A stretch of 64,000 nt of DNA from a bacterium (GCA_030698395.1 JAUYKW010000008.1:1662-65661); one strand, 5' to 3'. Counted from the stretch's first letter, positions 39,232 to 50,498 are shown. Notes: generated by a model from the letters alone, not told the origin. Numbers and translations: made by a program.

Positions 39232-41829
39232 ATGCAAAATTCTTTCGAACAATTACAAAATTACCTTGCTAAAAATCCAGATTTAGTTGCAGAAACTACG
39301 CGGCGGAAGCGAACATTAGTTTACATCGCTGGAATGTCTTTGGATCAAGAGGAGCTTGCTAAGGTACGAGGTATTGAGTTTTACGAAGAACGTTTATTAT
39401 ACGTTGTTGGCTTATTACGAGATCCAAACACTAAGATTGTTTTTGTATCCTCAAAGCAAATTGATCCAGTTATTATTGATTATTATTTTGATTTATTTAG
39501 TAGATCTCAGAAAGAGCGGATTAGCATGGAGAAAAGATGGCATCATTTTTATATTGGTAATAGTAGAATTCATAAAACTTTAACTCAAAAAGTTTTAACA
39601 TCAAAACGGTTGGTTATTCAAATTAATCAGCAAATTGATAATACTAAGCAAGCTGTATTACGGTGTTTTAATTCGTCTGAAGATGAAAAAGCCCTAGCAG
39701 TTAAATTAAATATTCCTTTATATGCTCCAGATCCTAAATTTTTACATTATGGATCGAAATCCGGAGCTCGTCAGGTGTTCAAGCAAGCAGGTTTAAAACC
39801 ACCATATGGAGTAGAAAATATTACCTCAATGTTGGAGTTGATTAACTCAATTAGAAAAATTAAACAGCATGAGAAGGGGGTTGAACAAGTTGTTGTAAAA
39901 TTTGATTACAGCTTTTCTGGAGTAGGTAATGCTAATTTGACGGTAAGCAAATTTCCACGTACAAATGTAGCTGCCGAGAAGTACATTAAAACTCATCTTA
40001 AACCAAATGAATCAGATGTTACTGCGATTCAGTATTTAAAAAAGTTATTTGATATTGGTGGAATTGTTGAAACGTGGTTACAAGGAATACGAATCTTTTC
40101 ACCAAGTGTTCAGTTAGCAATAGATCCAGATAAGAGTGTCCGGATTATTTCTAGTCATGAGCAGTTGCTTGATGAAGAAACAAAACAAGTTTTTTTAGGA
40201 GCTAGATTTCCGGCTCGTAAATCGATGAGACAACCTTTGTTACTACAGGCAGAAAAGGTGGGAAAAGAATTAGCTGATGCAGGAGTGATTGGATTTTTTG
40301 GAATAGATTTTATTGCTGTGAAAGAGAAAACAAAATATGTTGCGTATCCTATTGAAATAAATTTGCGCAAAGGTGGAGCAACACATCCTTTTCAGATAGC
40401 TAGAATGTTAACGCAAGGTAGCTATAAAAAAGATGGAGCTATGCGTGATGATTCACGACAGAGGATTGCATATTATTCTTTTGATAACATTAAATCTACA
40501 GATTACGTTGGTTTGAAGCCTGAGGAAATTATTAAAATAGTTAAGCAAGCAGGGCTAGAATTTGATCATGAAAATAATGGTGGAGTTTCTTTACACTTGT
40601 TAGGAAGCTTAAAAAAATATGGAAAATTTGGTACAGTTTGTATTGCACGTTCACCACGAGCAGCTGAGCAATTATTTATCATTTTAACTAAGGTTGTTGA
40701 TGCGTATGTGGCACGAAAATCAGAAATTGAAATTGTTACACCTCAAGTAGTTTCTGTAAATCAAAAGAGATTGGTTGATACTTTTATAAAATTAGTTAAG
40801 ATTGCTAGTCCTTCAGGAGAAGAAGCAAAAATTAGATTATTGCTTAGAGAAGAATTAGTGAGATTGGGCGTAAAAACAAGAGTTGATAAGTCAGGAAATT
40901 TAATCGGTAAAAAACCAGGTGTAGGTACCGTACCGTTTTTGTTATCAGCACATATGGATACTGTAAAACCATGTGAAAATGTTAATCCCGTAATTAGGGG
41001 AAATACTATCATGACAGATGGCACTACTATATTGGGCGCAGACAACAAGGCTGGAATTGTATATATTTTGGAGCTACTGCGATTATTGCATGAATTTGAT
41101 ATTAAACATCGGCCATTAGAAATAGTAATGTCTGTCTGTGAAGAACAGTTTTCGGGTGGAGCAGACGAACTTGATGTTTCTAAATTAAAATCTCCAGTTG
41201 GTCTGGTTGTGGATGGTGCTGATTTAGGGGAGGTTGATTATATTTCACCTTATATAGCAACCATTAATGTATCTGTTATTGGTAAAGCTGCTCATTCTGG
41301 AGTAGAGCCAGAAAATGGTGTAAGTGCGATTCAGATAGCATCTAACGCTATTGCAAATATGCCATTAGGAAGACTTGATCATGATACGACTGCAAATATT
41401 GGCTTAATTACTGGTGGGACTAATAGAAATGCAATTCCAGATCGAGTAGAATTAGAAGGAGAAGTACGAAGTTTAACAAAACGATATTTAGAAGAACAGT
41501 TAGAGCGAATGCATAAGGCTTTAGAAGATGCTGCTGAGTTATATGGCGGGTTACTTGATATTTCTAGTAAGATAGCTGTTCAAGGTTACAAATTTTCCAA
41601 AAATGATCCTGATTTAAAGAAGATTATGCAGATTATGAAAGAAGTAGACATTAAACCAGATTTAAGGAAAGCTGGGGGTGGTTCAGATGCGAATGTATTT
41701 GTTGCTAGAGGCATAAAAACTATTGATGTTGGGACAGGTGTACAGAAGCCACATACTGTTGAAGAGAGTATAAAAATAGACGACATGACGAAGATGGTAG
41801 AATTTTTATTAAAGATTGTCCAAGTTTAG
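39232..41829 (+). CDS. Two-domain protein: an N-terminal ATP-grasp-type ligase domain fused to a C-terminal M20-family metallopeptidase domain (peptidase T/ArgE/DapE-like).
   Basis: The ATP-grasp signatures are VVVKFDYSFSGVGN (compare VxxKP..GSxGxGV) and GIDFIAV...YPIEINLRKGG (compare EVNxxPG). The M20 signatures are SAHMDTV, GADNKAG and IGKAAHSG. Confidence 0.55.
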   Translation: MQNSFEQLQNYLAKNPDLVAETTRRKRTLVYIAGMSLDQEELAKVRGIEFYEERLLYVVGLLRDPNTKIVFVSSKQIDPVIIDYYFDLFSRSQKERISMEKRWHHFYIGNSRIHKTLTQKVLTSKRLVIQINQQIDNTKQAVLRCFNSSEDEKALAVKLNIPLYAPDPKFLHYGSKSGARQVFKQAGLKPPYGVENITSMLELINSIRKIKQHEKGVEQVVVKFDYSFSGVGNANLTVSKFPRTNVAAEKYIKTHLKPNESDVTAIQYLKKLFDIGGIVETWLQGIRIFSPSVQLAIDPDKSVRIISSHEQLLDEETKQVFLGARFPARKSMRQPLLLQAEKVGKELADAGVIGFFGIDFIAVKEKTKYVAYPIEINLRKGGATHPFQIARMLTQGSYKKDGAMRDDSRQRIAYYSFDNIKSTDYVGLKPEEIIKIVKQAGLEFDHENNGGVSLHLLGSLKKYGKFGTVCIARSPRAAEQLFIILTKVVDAYVARKSEIEIVTPQVVSVNQKRLVDTFIKLVKIASPSGEEAKIRLLLREELVRLGVKTRVDKSGNLIGKKPGVGTVPFLLSAHMDTVKPCENVNPVIRGNTIMTDGTTILGADNKAGIVYILELLRLLHEFDIKHRPLEIVMSVCEEQFSGGADELDVSKLKSPVGLVVDGADLGEVDYISPYIATINVSVIGKAAHSGVEPENGVSAIQIASNAIANMPLGRLDHDTTANIGLITGGTNRNAIPDRVELEGEVRSLTKRYLEEQLERMHKALEDAAELYGGLLDISSKIAVQGYKFSKNDPDLKKIMQIMKEVDIKPDLRKAGGGSDANVFVARGIKTIDVGTGVQKPHTVEESIKIDDMTKMVEFLLKIVQV

Positions 41830-42214
41830 CGAAAAAAGTGTCAATTTATTTGGTGTATAAATTGTGACTATTTTGGATTGAAAAGAACCTCTTTTTTTGC
41901 TATACTTGTAATACCCTGTTCCGTACCTTAAACAACTTTCGACAAACGATTCTCATCAGGGAGTTTTACATTCATGATAGTCGGTGAACTCAAAAAAGGT
42001 ATTGATAATAAATGTTGATACAATTGAGTATCTAAGAATATCAGATGCGAACACCCACTTAAAATCAGAGGGGAGTTGAAAAAGTGATGAAACAGGGCAA
42101 AAAAATATCCTATAAATATGGGGTATTTTTTTATTTATTAAAGTTTTTTATGGCTAGCGTGAATAACGACTTTTCGTTATACTAAGCACGTAAAAATATT
42201 AATATTCAATAATC

Positions 42215-43390
42215 ATGACAGATAAAATACCGGCATTAACCCTAGATCTCGAACAAGACGGTTGGCAAACATCCAAAGGCTTTATTAAACGCGATGTTGA
42301 TATGCCGGTTTTGGATGAAGCTGTTAATAGCAGTGATGCTTTATCAGTGATAGTTAAAATTCAATACGCTGGAATGTGTGGATCGGATAGAGGAATATGG
42401 AACCGAACGGCGTTTTCAGATATGTTTAAGGAATCTCTTGTAGCTGAAACAAAAAGTCTCAGAATTTTGGGTCATGAATTTGTTGGTGAGGTAGTATCTG
42501 CAGGCTCCCAAGTAGAAAATTTATATGGTATTAAAGTAGGTGAACCGGTATCTGGAGATTCGCATGTAACATGTGGTCGGTGTTTTCAGTGTCGCGTTGG
42601 TGAGCAGGAAGTATGTCAGGATCAGGCAATTTTAGGAATCAGCATTGATGGAATATTTGCTCATTATGTAAAAATTCCTGCAAAGAATTTATGGGTAGTA
42701 GATAATGATAGAGTAAGGCCAGAAGTTTGTGCTTTATACGATCCATTTGGAAATGCAGTGCACTCATTATCTAAAACAGATGTGCGAGGAGCTCGAGTTG
42801 CGGTGTTTGGTTGTGGACAAATTGGAATGTTTTCAATACTTTTGGCTCGTCAATTTGGAGCAGCTAAGGTTATTGGCATAGATGTAAATCAAGCGAATTT
42901 AGATATAGCTAAAGAACTAGGTGCTCATGAAACTATTTTGATTGAAAAATCAGACAAGAAAAATGATTACGATGTGGATCGGAATGTTGTTGATGAAATA
43001 ATGGAATTAACGTATGGCAAGGGAGTTGATGTGAGCTTGGAAATGGCAGGATTCAATTCTTCTGTGAATAATGCAATTGCGTCTACTAGATTTGGTGGTG
43101 ATGTAATTTTATTTGGCATAAAAGATGGCGAATTCATGATTCCGGATTTTTCTAAAATGATTGTAAAAGGAATTACCTTACATAATGTGATTGGCCGACA
43201 GATATTTCAAACCTGGCAAACTGCACAACGCGTGTTATCGGATTCTACTAATGGAGTACAAGAAAAGATATGGAAAACTATTCTTAAGGGTGGTAACGAT
43301 ACTATTATCAAGTTATCTGAGTTCTCTCCAGAAGACATGGAGAAGAAGATGGCGGCTCATCCAAAATTAATTTTTGATATTCAAAATTAA
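42215..43390 (+). CDS. tdh: Zn-dependent medium-chain dehydrogenase, probably L-threonine 3-dehydrogenase.
   Basis: It has the zinc-ADH fold with a Rossmann motif (VAVFGCGQIG) and a GHE catalytic zinc motif. It lies immediately upstream of kbl. Confidence 0.7.
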   Translation: MTDKIPALTLDLEQDGWQTSKGFIKRDVDMPVLDEAVNSSDALSVIVKIQYAGMCGSDRGIWNRTAFSDMFKESLVAETKSLRILGHEFVGEVVSAGSQVENLYGIKVGEPVSGDSHVTCGRCFQCRVGEQEVCQDQAILGISIDGIFAHYVKIPAKNLWVVDNDRVRPEVCALYDPFGNAVHSLSKTDVRGARVAVFGCGQIGMFSILLARQFGAAKVIGIDVNQANLDIAKELGAHETILIEKSDKKNDYDVDRNVVDEIMELTYGKGVDVSLEMAGFNSSVNNAIASTRFGGDVILFGIKDGEFMIPDFSKMIVKGITLHNVIGRQIFQTWQTAQRVLSDSTNGVQEKIWKTILKGGNDTIIKLSEFSPEDMEKKMAAHPKLIFDIQN

Positions 43391-43403
43391 AATTTAAAAT
43401 AAT

Positions 43404-44591
43404 ATGTACGATTCTTTAAAAAAAGTAGTAAGCTCTGGATTAGCAGAAATTAATGAAGCTGGTTTATATAAAGGTCAGCGTTTGATTAGCGGTCATCAGG
43501 GAACAATAGTAGAAGTGGAAGGTAAGGAGTTGATAAATTTTTGTGCAAATAATTATCTTGGTTTGTCTGGTAAGCAAGAGTTAGTGGATGTGGCAAAAGA
43601 AAATTTAGATAAGTATGGCTATGGTTTATCATCTGTGCGATTCATTTGTGGTACTCAGACAGTTCATAAAGAATTAGAAGCAAAGATTGCGGAATTTTTA
43701 CATAAAGAAGATGCTATTACATTCACATCTTGTTGGGATGCTAATGAGGCTGTATTTGCCAGTTTGTTAACAGCAGATGATGCGGTTCTTACGGATGCAC
43801 TTAATCATGCTAGCTTGATAGATGGCATTAGATTGTGTAAAGCAGAACGACGTATTTTTAAGCACATGGACATGTCAGATTTGGAGCAACAACTACAAGA
43901 TACGCAAGATAAAAGATTGCGCTGTATCGTAACTGACGGAGTATTTAGTATGGATGGAGATGTAGCACCATTAAAAGAAATTTGTGATTTAGCAGACAAA
44001 TATGATGCTTATGTAGTTGTTGATGATTCACATGCAACAGGATTCATGGGTGAAACTGGTAGGGGAGCAGTAGAGCAGGAAGGTGTACTGGATCGTGTCG
44101 ATATTATTACTACAACTTTTGGTAAAGCATTAGGTGGCGCAAATGGCGGTTGCATTGCAGGACCAAAGGAAGTAATTGAATTGTTGCATCAAAAAGCAAG
44201 AACAACATTATTTACAAACTCTCTAGCACCAGTGATTGCTGGAACTACAATATTTGTATTGGACTATATCGATCAACATCCAGAACTACGTGAGCAATTG
44301 TGGACTAACACAAATTATTTTAGAGAAAAGATGATAGCAGCAGGATTTACGGTGCCGGAATCAGTTCATCCGATTGTTCCAGTAATGATTGGAGATGGTA
44401 AGGCAGCGGGCGATATGGCAGCAGATATGTTAGAAGAAGGTATCTATGTAATTGGTTTCAGCTATCCAGTTGTACCAATGGATACAGCTAGAATTCGTGT
44501 TCAGATATCTGCCGAGCACACAATTGAACAAATTGACGTTTTGGTTACAGCTTTCACTAAACTAGGTAAAAAATACGGTATTATTGATTAG
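43404..44591 (+). CDS. kbl: 2-amino-3-ketobutyrate CoA ligase (glycine C-acetyltransferase), PLP-dependent.
   Basis: An alpha-oxoamine synthase family PLP-lysine region (TFGKALGG) is present. It is paired with tdh. Confidence 0.8.
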   Translation: MYDSLKKVVSSGLAEINEAGLYKGQRLISGHQGTIVEVEGKELINFCANNYLGLSGKQELVDVAKENLDKYGYGLSSVRFICGTQTVHKELEAKIAEFLHKEDAITFTSCWDANEAVFASLLTADDAVLTDALNHASLIDGIRLCKAERRIFKHMDMSDLEQQLQDTQDKRLRCIVTDGVFSMDGDVAPLKEICDLADKYDAYVVVDDSHATGFMGETGRGAVEQEGVLDRVDIITTTFGKALGGANGGCIAGPKEVIELLHQKARTTLFTNSLAPVIAGTTIFVLDYIDQHPELREQLWTNTNYFREKMIAAGFTVPESVHPIVPVMIGDGKAAGDMAADMLEEGIYVIGFSYPVVPMDTARIRVQISAEHTIEQIDVLVTAFTKLGKKYGIID

Positions 44592-44620
44592 CAAAAGCAC
44601 CTGCGCTATACTGTGATTCT

Positions 44621-44899
44621 ATGGCAAAAGTAAAATTTATAGCAGATGATATAGAAGTCGAAGTACCAGATGGTACGGGTCTTCGTAAATGTTGTCAGGA
44701 AAATGATATGACTCTTCCATTTGGTTGTGAAAATGGAATTTGTGGCACATGTTTAATTGCAGTGAAAGAAGGGGAAAAGAACATATCAGAAAAGACAGAG
44801 CAAGAAAAGGAAACATTAGAGATGTTAATGGCGTATGAGGATCAACGACTAGCATGTCAATGCAAAGTTAACGGAGACGTAACGTTTGATTTAGATTAA
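44621..44899 (+). CDS. Small 2Fe-2S ferredoxin-like protein.
   Basis: Four cysteines sit in the spacing C..C....CENGICGTC...C. Length is 92 aa. Confidence 0.5.
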   Translation: MAKVKFIADDIEVEVPDGTGLRKCCQENDMTLPFGCENGICGTCLIAVKEGEKNISEKTEQEKETLEMLMAYEDQRLACQCKVNGDVTFDLD

Positions 44900-45537
44900 T
44901 GTTATTTGCAATATTTGGTGTAGATCCGTTATTTATTGTGCCGTGGATTGTCACGATCTTACTTTCGATTGGTGTACATGAGTTTGCTCATGCCTTGGCT
45001 GGTTATTGGCAGGGAGATGACACTGCACAGCGACAAGGTAGATTAACACTTAATCCAATTGCTCATGTTGATTGGTTGGGGTTGATGTTGTTATTAGTAA
45101 TTGGATTTGGTTGGGGTAAACCAACGCCGTTTAATCCTTATAACCTTAAATATAAGAAGTGGGGTAGCGCATTAGTTTCTGTTGCTGGACCAATCTCGAA
45201 TGTGATTATGGTATTAGTGGCTCTAATTGTATTTAAAGTACTTGGTTTTATACACATAGATTGGTCATTATCAACAAATTTACTGGAAGTTTTCTTATTA
45301 TTCATGGTGCAATTAAATGTAGTATTGTTTGTATTTAATTTGATCCCAGTACCACCTTTAGATGGTTCGAAAGTACTATACACTTTCCTAGGCTATAAAA
45401 GGCAAGCATTAATACAAATGTTAGAAACTCAAGGGCCGTGGTTATTATTAATAGTAATAATTTTTGGACAAGGAATACTAAGTTGGATAATAAGTTTTGT
45501 AATGACTCTACTGTATGCCTTATTTGGCATAATATAG
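44899..45537 (+). CDS. Membrane metalloprotease, M50/site-2-protease-like.
   Basis: A HEFAHAL (HExxH) motif sits in the first TM helix. The protein is polytopic. Confidence 0.6.
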   Translation: MLFAIFGVDPLFIVPWIVTILLSIGVHEFAHALAGYWQGDDTAQRQGRLTLNPIAHVDWLGLMLLLVIGFGWGKPTPFNPYNLKYKKWGSALVSVAGPISNVIMVLVALIVFKVLGFIHIDWSLSTNLLEVFLLFMVQLNVVLFVFNLIPVPPLDGSKVLYTFLGYKRQALIQMLETQGPWLLLIVIIFGQGILSWIISFVMTLLYALFGII

Positions 45538-45616
45538 CCAAATTGACAGTGTTGTTGAGTAACGTGTATGCTCAAAGTAACGTATAAAATAAGGTAATTA
45601 GCTAAACATAAAAAAT

Positions 45617-46330
45617 ATGCTAAAAAAACTATTTAAAATGGCACTAATCACAAGTTTAGTGTTTGTACCTGTAGTGTCAGTAAATGCTGCAACACCTGCA
45701 TTCACTAATCAACCAGCGATTTCGTCTGCTGAGCGTGAAGGTAATAGACCATTGCCAGTGCAAATTTCGTGGGAATCATCTGGTAGAGTAGCAGATGGTG
45801 ATGAAGTGTTAGATCATTATAATGTCGTGATAAAAAATAATTCAGGTTCTGAGATTTGTAGTTTAGAAATTAATCCAGATGAAGTTGGGGTAGTTATTAC
45901 AAAAACTTTATGTGGAAGTTTGTATAAGGTATATAAAAAATATACAGTATATTTATCCGAAGTAAGGGTAGGGGATGAAGAAACTAATGCATCAAGTAAG
46001 AAATTTTATACTGGACCGCCAAAACTTCGTAATGTAAGAATGAGGAATAAAGAATTACAAAGCGATGGTACTGTTAATGCAACTATTAAATGGAGAAAAC
46101 CTACAGCACTAAATGGGGTATCTATTAAATATGCATACAAAATTTCTCGGCGGAATAATAAAACAAGCTTAATTAAATCTGATTATCAGTATGGAGATAT
46201 TAATAGCATTGATGTAACTGGTCTTCCACAACGTAAAATGAGAATAAAAGTACGTGCTGAAGGTAGTTCAACTTCATATGGAAATGGCAGATGGTCCGAT
46301 GTTAAATTCTTCAATGTGCCTAGAGAATAA
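45617..46330 (+). CDS. Secreted hypothetical protein with FN3-like repeats.
   Basis: It has a signal peptide. The repeat units are beta-rich. Confidence 0.4.
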   Translation: MLKKLFKMALITSLVFVPVVSVNAATPAFTNQPAISSAEREGNRPLPVQISWESSGRVADGDEVLDHYNVVIKNNSGSEICSLEINPDEVGVVITKTLCGSLYKVYKKYTVYLSEVRVGDEETNASSKKFYTGPPKLRNVRMRNKELQSDGTVNATIKWRKPTALNGVSIKYAYKISRRNNKTSLIKSDYQYGDINSIDVTGLPQRKMRIKVRAEGSSTSYGNGRWSDVKFFNVPRE

Positions 46331-46393
46331 AGCAAGAATTAGTCATAGTTTGGAAATAAGGGGCATGTGTATACGTGCCTCTTTTATTATCGC

Positions 46394-46428
46394 TTGACAT
46401 ATATTTCAAGCTTGATATAGTAATCGTC
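46394..46428 (+). promoter_or_regulatory. Promoter for rpsL-rpsG: TTGACA, 16 nt, TATAGT.
   Basis: Read directly upstream of rpsL. Confidence 0.45.
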
Positions 46429-46431
46429 GCT

Positions 46432-46845
46432 ATGCCAACAATAAATCAACTAATTAGAAAACCCCGCAAGAAGACTAAAAAGAAGTCTGTAGTGCCTGCA
46501 TTGGAGACAACTTTTAATGCTATAAAGAGAAGAAAAAGAACTTTACCAAAAGGTAGTCCTTTCAAACGTGGGGTTTGTACAAAAGTTACCACAGTAACAC
46601 CAAAAAAACCTAACTCAGCACTGCGAAAAATTGCTCGTATTCGATTATCAAATGGAATGGAAGTTACGGCTTATATTCCTGGAGAAGGGCACAACTTGCA
46701 AGAACATTCAATTGTTTTAGTACGTGGTGGTAGAGTTCGTGATTTACCTGGTGTACGTTATCATGTAATTAGAGGAGTTTATGATACTAGTGGAGTTGAA
46801 AGCAGAAAGAAGAGTCGATCCCTATACGGAACTAAAAAAAGTTAA
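46432..46845 (+). CDS. rpsL: 30S ribosomal protein S12.
   Basis: It has [14 protein letters not shown] and the PNSALRK motif. The start is set at the internal ATG, 46432. Confidence 0.95.
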   Translation: MPTINQLIRKPRKKTKKKSVVPALETTFNAIKRRKRTLPKGSPFKRGVCTKVTTVTPKKPNSALRKIARIRLSNGMEVTAYIPGEGHNLQEHSIVLVRGGRVRDLPGVRYHVIRGVYDTSGVESRKKSRSLYGTKKS

Positions 46846-46853
46846 TTTAAATT

Positions 46854-47318
46854 ATGCGCGGAAAACAAGCACCAAAAAGAGATATTAATCCAGATCCTGT
46901 TTATAACAGCACTACAGTTGCTAAATTTATTAATTACATAATGTTACATGGCAAGAAGACTGTAGCTCAGTCTGTTGTTTATGATGCATTTGATTTTATC
47001 GAGAAGAAAACTGGTGAGCAAGGATTAGATGTATTTGATAAAGCAGTACATAATGTAACACCAACTGTAGAAGTAAAGGCTCGTAGAATAGGTGGAGCTA
47101 ACTATCAAGTACCAATCGAAGTAAGAACTAGTCGTAGATTCACTTTAGCGTCTCGTTGGTTGATTACAGCAGCTCGAGCTCGCAAAGGTAAACCAATGCA
47201 TCAGAAATTAGCTTTAGAGCTTATGGAAGCCGCTGAGAACACTGGAGATGCAGTAAAGAAAAAGCAGGATGTTCATAGAATGGCTGAATCTAATAGAGCA
47301 TTTGCACATTTTGCGTAA
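46854..47318 (+). CDS. rpsG: 30S ribosomal protein S7.
   Basis: S7 signature residues are present. Length is 154 aa. Confidence 0.95.
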   Translation: MRGKQAPKRDINPDPVYNSTTVAKFINYIMLHGKKTVAQSVVYDAFDFIEKKTGEQGLDVFDKAVHNVTPTVEVKARRIGGANYQVPIEVRTSRRFTLASRWLITAARARKGKPMHQKLALELMEAAENTGDAVKKKQDVHRMAESNRAFAHFA

Positions 47319-47350
47319 GAAACTCTTTTAAACACGAAATTTACATATTA

Positions 47351-47375
47351 ACAGGGCTGGAAAGCCCTGTTTTGT
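47351..47375 (+). terminator. Intrinsic terminator after rpsG: acagggct-ggaa-agccctgt-tttt.
   Basis: Read from the sequence. Confidence 0.6.
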
Positions 47376-47430
47376 TATCTATTCATTATTTTGCTATAAT
47401 TAGACTATTAATATTTAAGTGGATTCATAA

Positions 47431-47868
47431 ATGTATATGAAGAAAAATCTTACAAGAGGCTTGGCAGTTTTGGCAGGATTTGCTTTGCCAGCACTAGCAT
47501 CAGCCCAAAATTTTAACTATGATTATGGTTATGATGATTATTACTACGATGATTACGGGACTAGCACCGGATCAGCTGCACTTGGAGTTGGTATTCTAAT
47601 ATTTATTGGAATCATGGGTCTTATCAGTTTAGTTGCATTAGCCTTTGTTATTTGGATGATCGTAGATGCAGCAAAACGAGATTTCGATCAGAAAGTACTA
47701 TGGATTCTACTAATGGTATTTATTGGATTTATTCCTGCTGTAATTTACTATTTCATGATCAAGAGAAAGAATGTAACTGGATCTGGAAAACCAGCAGCTA
47801 CAGTGCCACAAGCCACACCTGAGACACCTGCAGCAGAACCACCAAAACCTCAAGAACCACAACAATAA
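47431..47868 (+). CDS. Small membrane protein with a PLDc_N-like motif (IWMIVDAAKRDF...W..LM.F..P..IYYF.IKRK), an N-terminal signal and a DYGYDDYYYDDYG segment.
   Basis: It shares a motif with the adjacent paralog 47880-48260. It has 2 TM helices. Confidence 0.5.
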   Translation: MYMKKNLTRGLAVLAGFALPALASAQNFNYDYGYDDYYYDDYGTSTGSAALGVGILIFIGIMGLISLVALAFVIWMIVDAAKRDFDQKVLWILLMVFIGFIPAVIYYFMIKRKNVTGSGKPAATVPQATPETPAAEPPKPQEPQQ

Positions 47869-47879
47869 ATAATTATTCA

Positions 47880-48260
47880 ATGATTATAAAAAAATCATTA
47901 TCAAAAGTGGCGCGTATTATCGCGCCTCTATTGGTATTGTCATACCCTTTAAGTGTTTTTGCGGCCTCTGATGATGAGACTTGGGCAATTTTTGGCTTTC
48001 TTTTAATGATGATTCTGATATTCATGATCGTGGGAACGATATTGTTATCAGTGATGGCTATGTATGGATTCACTATTTGGATGATCGTAGATGCAGTTCA
48101 GCGTGATTTTGAACAACAGATGGTTTGGTTGGTTTTAATGCTAGTGTTCTTACTGTTTTTTCCATTTGTTGGTTTTGCAATTGCGTTTGTTTATTATTTT
48201 GCAGTGAGACGGAAGGATTTAGGAACGAAGAAGGACTCTCAATCAAAAAAGAGTAAATAA
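47880..48260 (+). CDS. Small membrane protein, a paralog of 47431-47868 (PLDc_N-like).
   Basis: It carries IWMIVDAVQRDFEQQMVWLVLMLVF...FAIAFVYYFAVRRK. Confidence 0.5.
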   Translation: MIIKKSLSKVARIIAPLLVLSYPLSVFAASDDETWAIFGFLLMMILIFMIVGTILLSVMAMYGFTIWMIVDAVQRDFEQQMVWLVLMLVFLLFFPFVGFAIAFVYYFAVRRKDLGTKKDSQSKKSK

Positions 48261-48307
48261 TAAATTTACCTCTTTACAAGCTAAATTGTATCCGTTATTA
48301 TACAGCA

Positions 48308-48330
48308 GTCTCAGTGATGAGACATTTTTT
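48308..48330 (+). terminator. Intrinsic terminator: gtctca-gtga-tgagac-atttttt.
   Basis: Read from the sequence. Confidence 0.55.
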
Positions 48331-48359
48331 CGCTAATGAATTAACAATAATATTAGGTA

Positions 48360-50495
48360 ATGTCAAATACTGAATTTAATCTCAAGAATGTGCGTAATAT
48401 CGGAATCATTGCACATATTGATGCTGGTAAAACAACTACTACTGAGCGTGTTTTGTTTTATACTGGAAAAAAACATAAGATTGGTGAAGTTCATGAAGGT
48501 GAAGCAGAAATGGATTGGATGGAACAGGAACAAGAGCGTGGTATTACAATTACATCTGCGGCAACAACAGCATTTTGGAAATTACCAGAATTTTTAGGTG
48601 GCGGTGAAGCGTGGATAAATATTATTGATACTCCAGGTCATGTAGATTTTACTGCAGAAGTAGAGCGTTCTCTGCGTGTTTTAGATGGAGGAGTTGTGGT
48701 ATTTGATGGAGTAGCTGGAGTGGAGCCACAATCAGAAACAGTTTGGCATCAAGCAGAAAAGTATAAGGTGCCAAGAATTTGTTTCATTAATAAGTTAGAT
48801 AGAACAGGTGCTGATTTTTATAAAGATGTTGATTCTATCCACGATCGTTTAACTAAACTTGCATTTCCAATTCAATTACCAATTGGAACTGAAGAAAACT
48901 TTAGTGGAGTAGTGGATTTAATCGAACAAAAGGCATTTATATATAAAGATGATTTAGGACAAGATATTGAAGAAGTCGAAATTCCAGAGGACATGAAGGA
49001 GAAAGCAGCAGAATATCGTAGTGCAATGCTTGATGCTGTAGTTGAACAGGATGAAGAGTTAATGAATTCATATTTAGATGGCACGGAGCCAACTCCAGAT
49101 CAGATTAGAGTAATGATGCGTAAAGGTGTGATTGCAAATGAATTCATTCCTATTATGTGTGGTACTGCTTTAAAGAATAAAGGAGTACAGCGTTTATTAG
49201 ATGCTGTAACGGCATTTTTACCATCTCCTTTAGATTTACCAGATGTTAGTGGTCATGATTATAAAGATGAAGAAAAAGAGCTTTCTTTTTCAGCTGATGC
49301 ATCTGGACCTTTGGCTGCTTTAGCATTTAAAGTTGCAACTGACCCGTTTGTGGGTAAATTAATTTTTGTGCGAGTGTATTCTGGTACATTAAAATCTGGA
49401 TCATATGTGTTTAATGCTACTACAGGTAAGAAAGAAAGAATTTCTAGAATTGTTCGTATGCACGCAAATAGCCGTGATGAGATTGATGAAATTCGAGCTG
49501 GAGACATTGCAGCAGTAGTAGGATTAAAGGAAACAGTTACTGCAGATACTTTGTGTGAACCAGAGAATCCAGTTATTCTTGAAAAGATTGTATTTCCAGA
49601 ACCAGTAATTTCGGTCGCTATTGAACCAAAAACTAAGTCAGATCAAGAAAAAATGTCAATTGCTTTACAGAAGCTTGGTGAAGAGGATCCCACCTTTAAG
49701 GTGGAGTCTAATGAGGAAACAGGGCAAACCTTAATTTCTGGAATGGGTGAGTTGCATTTAGAAATTCTAGTAGAACGCATGAAGCGTGAATTTACCGTAG
49801 AAGCAAATGTTGGAGCACCGCAGGTTGCATATCGTGAAACTATTAAAAAGATGGCTGACGCCGAAGGTAAGTACATTAAACAGTCTGGTGGACGTGGTCA
49901 GTATGGTCATTGCTTCTTAACTATCGAGCCATTAACCGATGAAGATAGAGGTGAAGATACAGATATGACATTTATGTTTATAGACAAGGTTAAGGGTGGT
50001 CGGATTCCAAAAGAATTTATTGGTCCGATTCAAAAAGGTGCACGCGAAGCTATGGATAAAGGTGTGTTAGCAGGATATCCATTATTGAATGTTAAAGTAA
50101 CAGTTACTGATGGTAGTTATCATGATGTGGATTCTTCGGAAATTGCATTTAAGATGGCTGGAATAATGGCATTTAAATCAGCTGTACAAAAGGCTGATGC
50201 TGTAATTCTAGAACCAGTTATGAAAACTAGCGTTATTACTCCAGAGGATTATATGGGTGATGTAGTTGGTGATTTGAACTCAAAACGTGGCCAGATTTTA
50301 GAGATGGGTGATCGCGGAAAAGCGAAGGTTATTGAAGCATTGGTGCCTTTAGCAGAAATGTTTGGTTATTCTACTTCACTGCGTTCCATGACCCAGGGTA
50401 GAGCATCTTATTCTATGCAGTTTGAGAAGTATGATGAGGTACCAAGAAATATTATGCAAGAATTAATGGAGAAACACACTACTGGAGATAAGTAA
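48360..50495 (+). CDS. fusA: Elongation factor G.
   Basis: G1 is [10 protein letters not shown]3 is DTPGHVDF. Length is 711 aa. Confidence 0.95.
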   Translation: MSNTEFNLKNVRNIGIIAHIDAGKTTTTERVLFYTGKKHKIGEVHEGEAEMDWMEQEQERGITITSAATTAFWKLPEFLGGGEAWINIIDTPGHVDFTAEVERSLRVLDGGVVVFDGVAGVEPQSETVWHQAEKYKVPRICFINKLDRTGADFYKDVDSIHDRLTKLAFPIQLPIGTEENFSGVVDLIEQKAFIYKDDLGQDIEEVEIPEDMKEKAAEYRSAMLDAVVEQDEELMNSYLDGTEPTPDQIRVMMRKGVIANEFIPIMCGTALKNKGVQRLLDAVTAFLPSPLDLPDVSGHDYKDEEKELSFSADASGPLAALAFKVATDPFVGKLIFVRVYSGTLKSGSYVFNATTGKKERISRIVRMHANSRDEIDEIRAGDIAAVVGLKETVTADTLCEPENPVILEKIVFPEPVISVAIEPKTKSDQEKMSIALQKLGEEDPTFKVESNEETGQTLISGMGELHLEILVERMKREFTVEANVGAPQVAYRETIKKMADAEGKYIKQSGGRGQYGHCFLTIEPLTDEDRGEDTDMTFMFIDKVKGGRIPKEFIGPIQKGAREAMDKGVLAGYPLLNVKVTVTDGSYHDVDSSEIAFKMAGIMAFKSAVQKADAVILEPVMKTSVITPEDYMGDVVGDLNSKRGQILEMGDRGKAKVIEALVPLAEMFGYSTSLRSMTQGRASYSMQFEKYDEVPRNIMQELMEKHTTGDK

Positions 50496-50498
50496 TAA

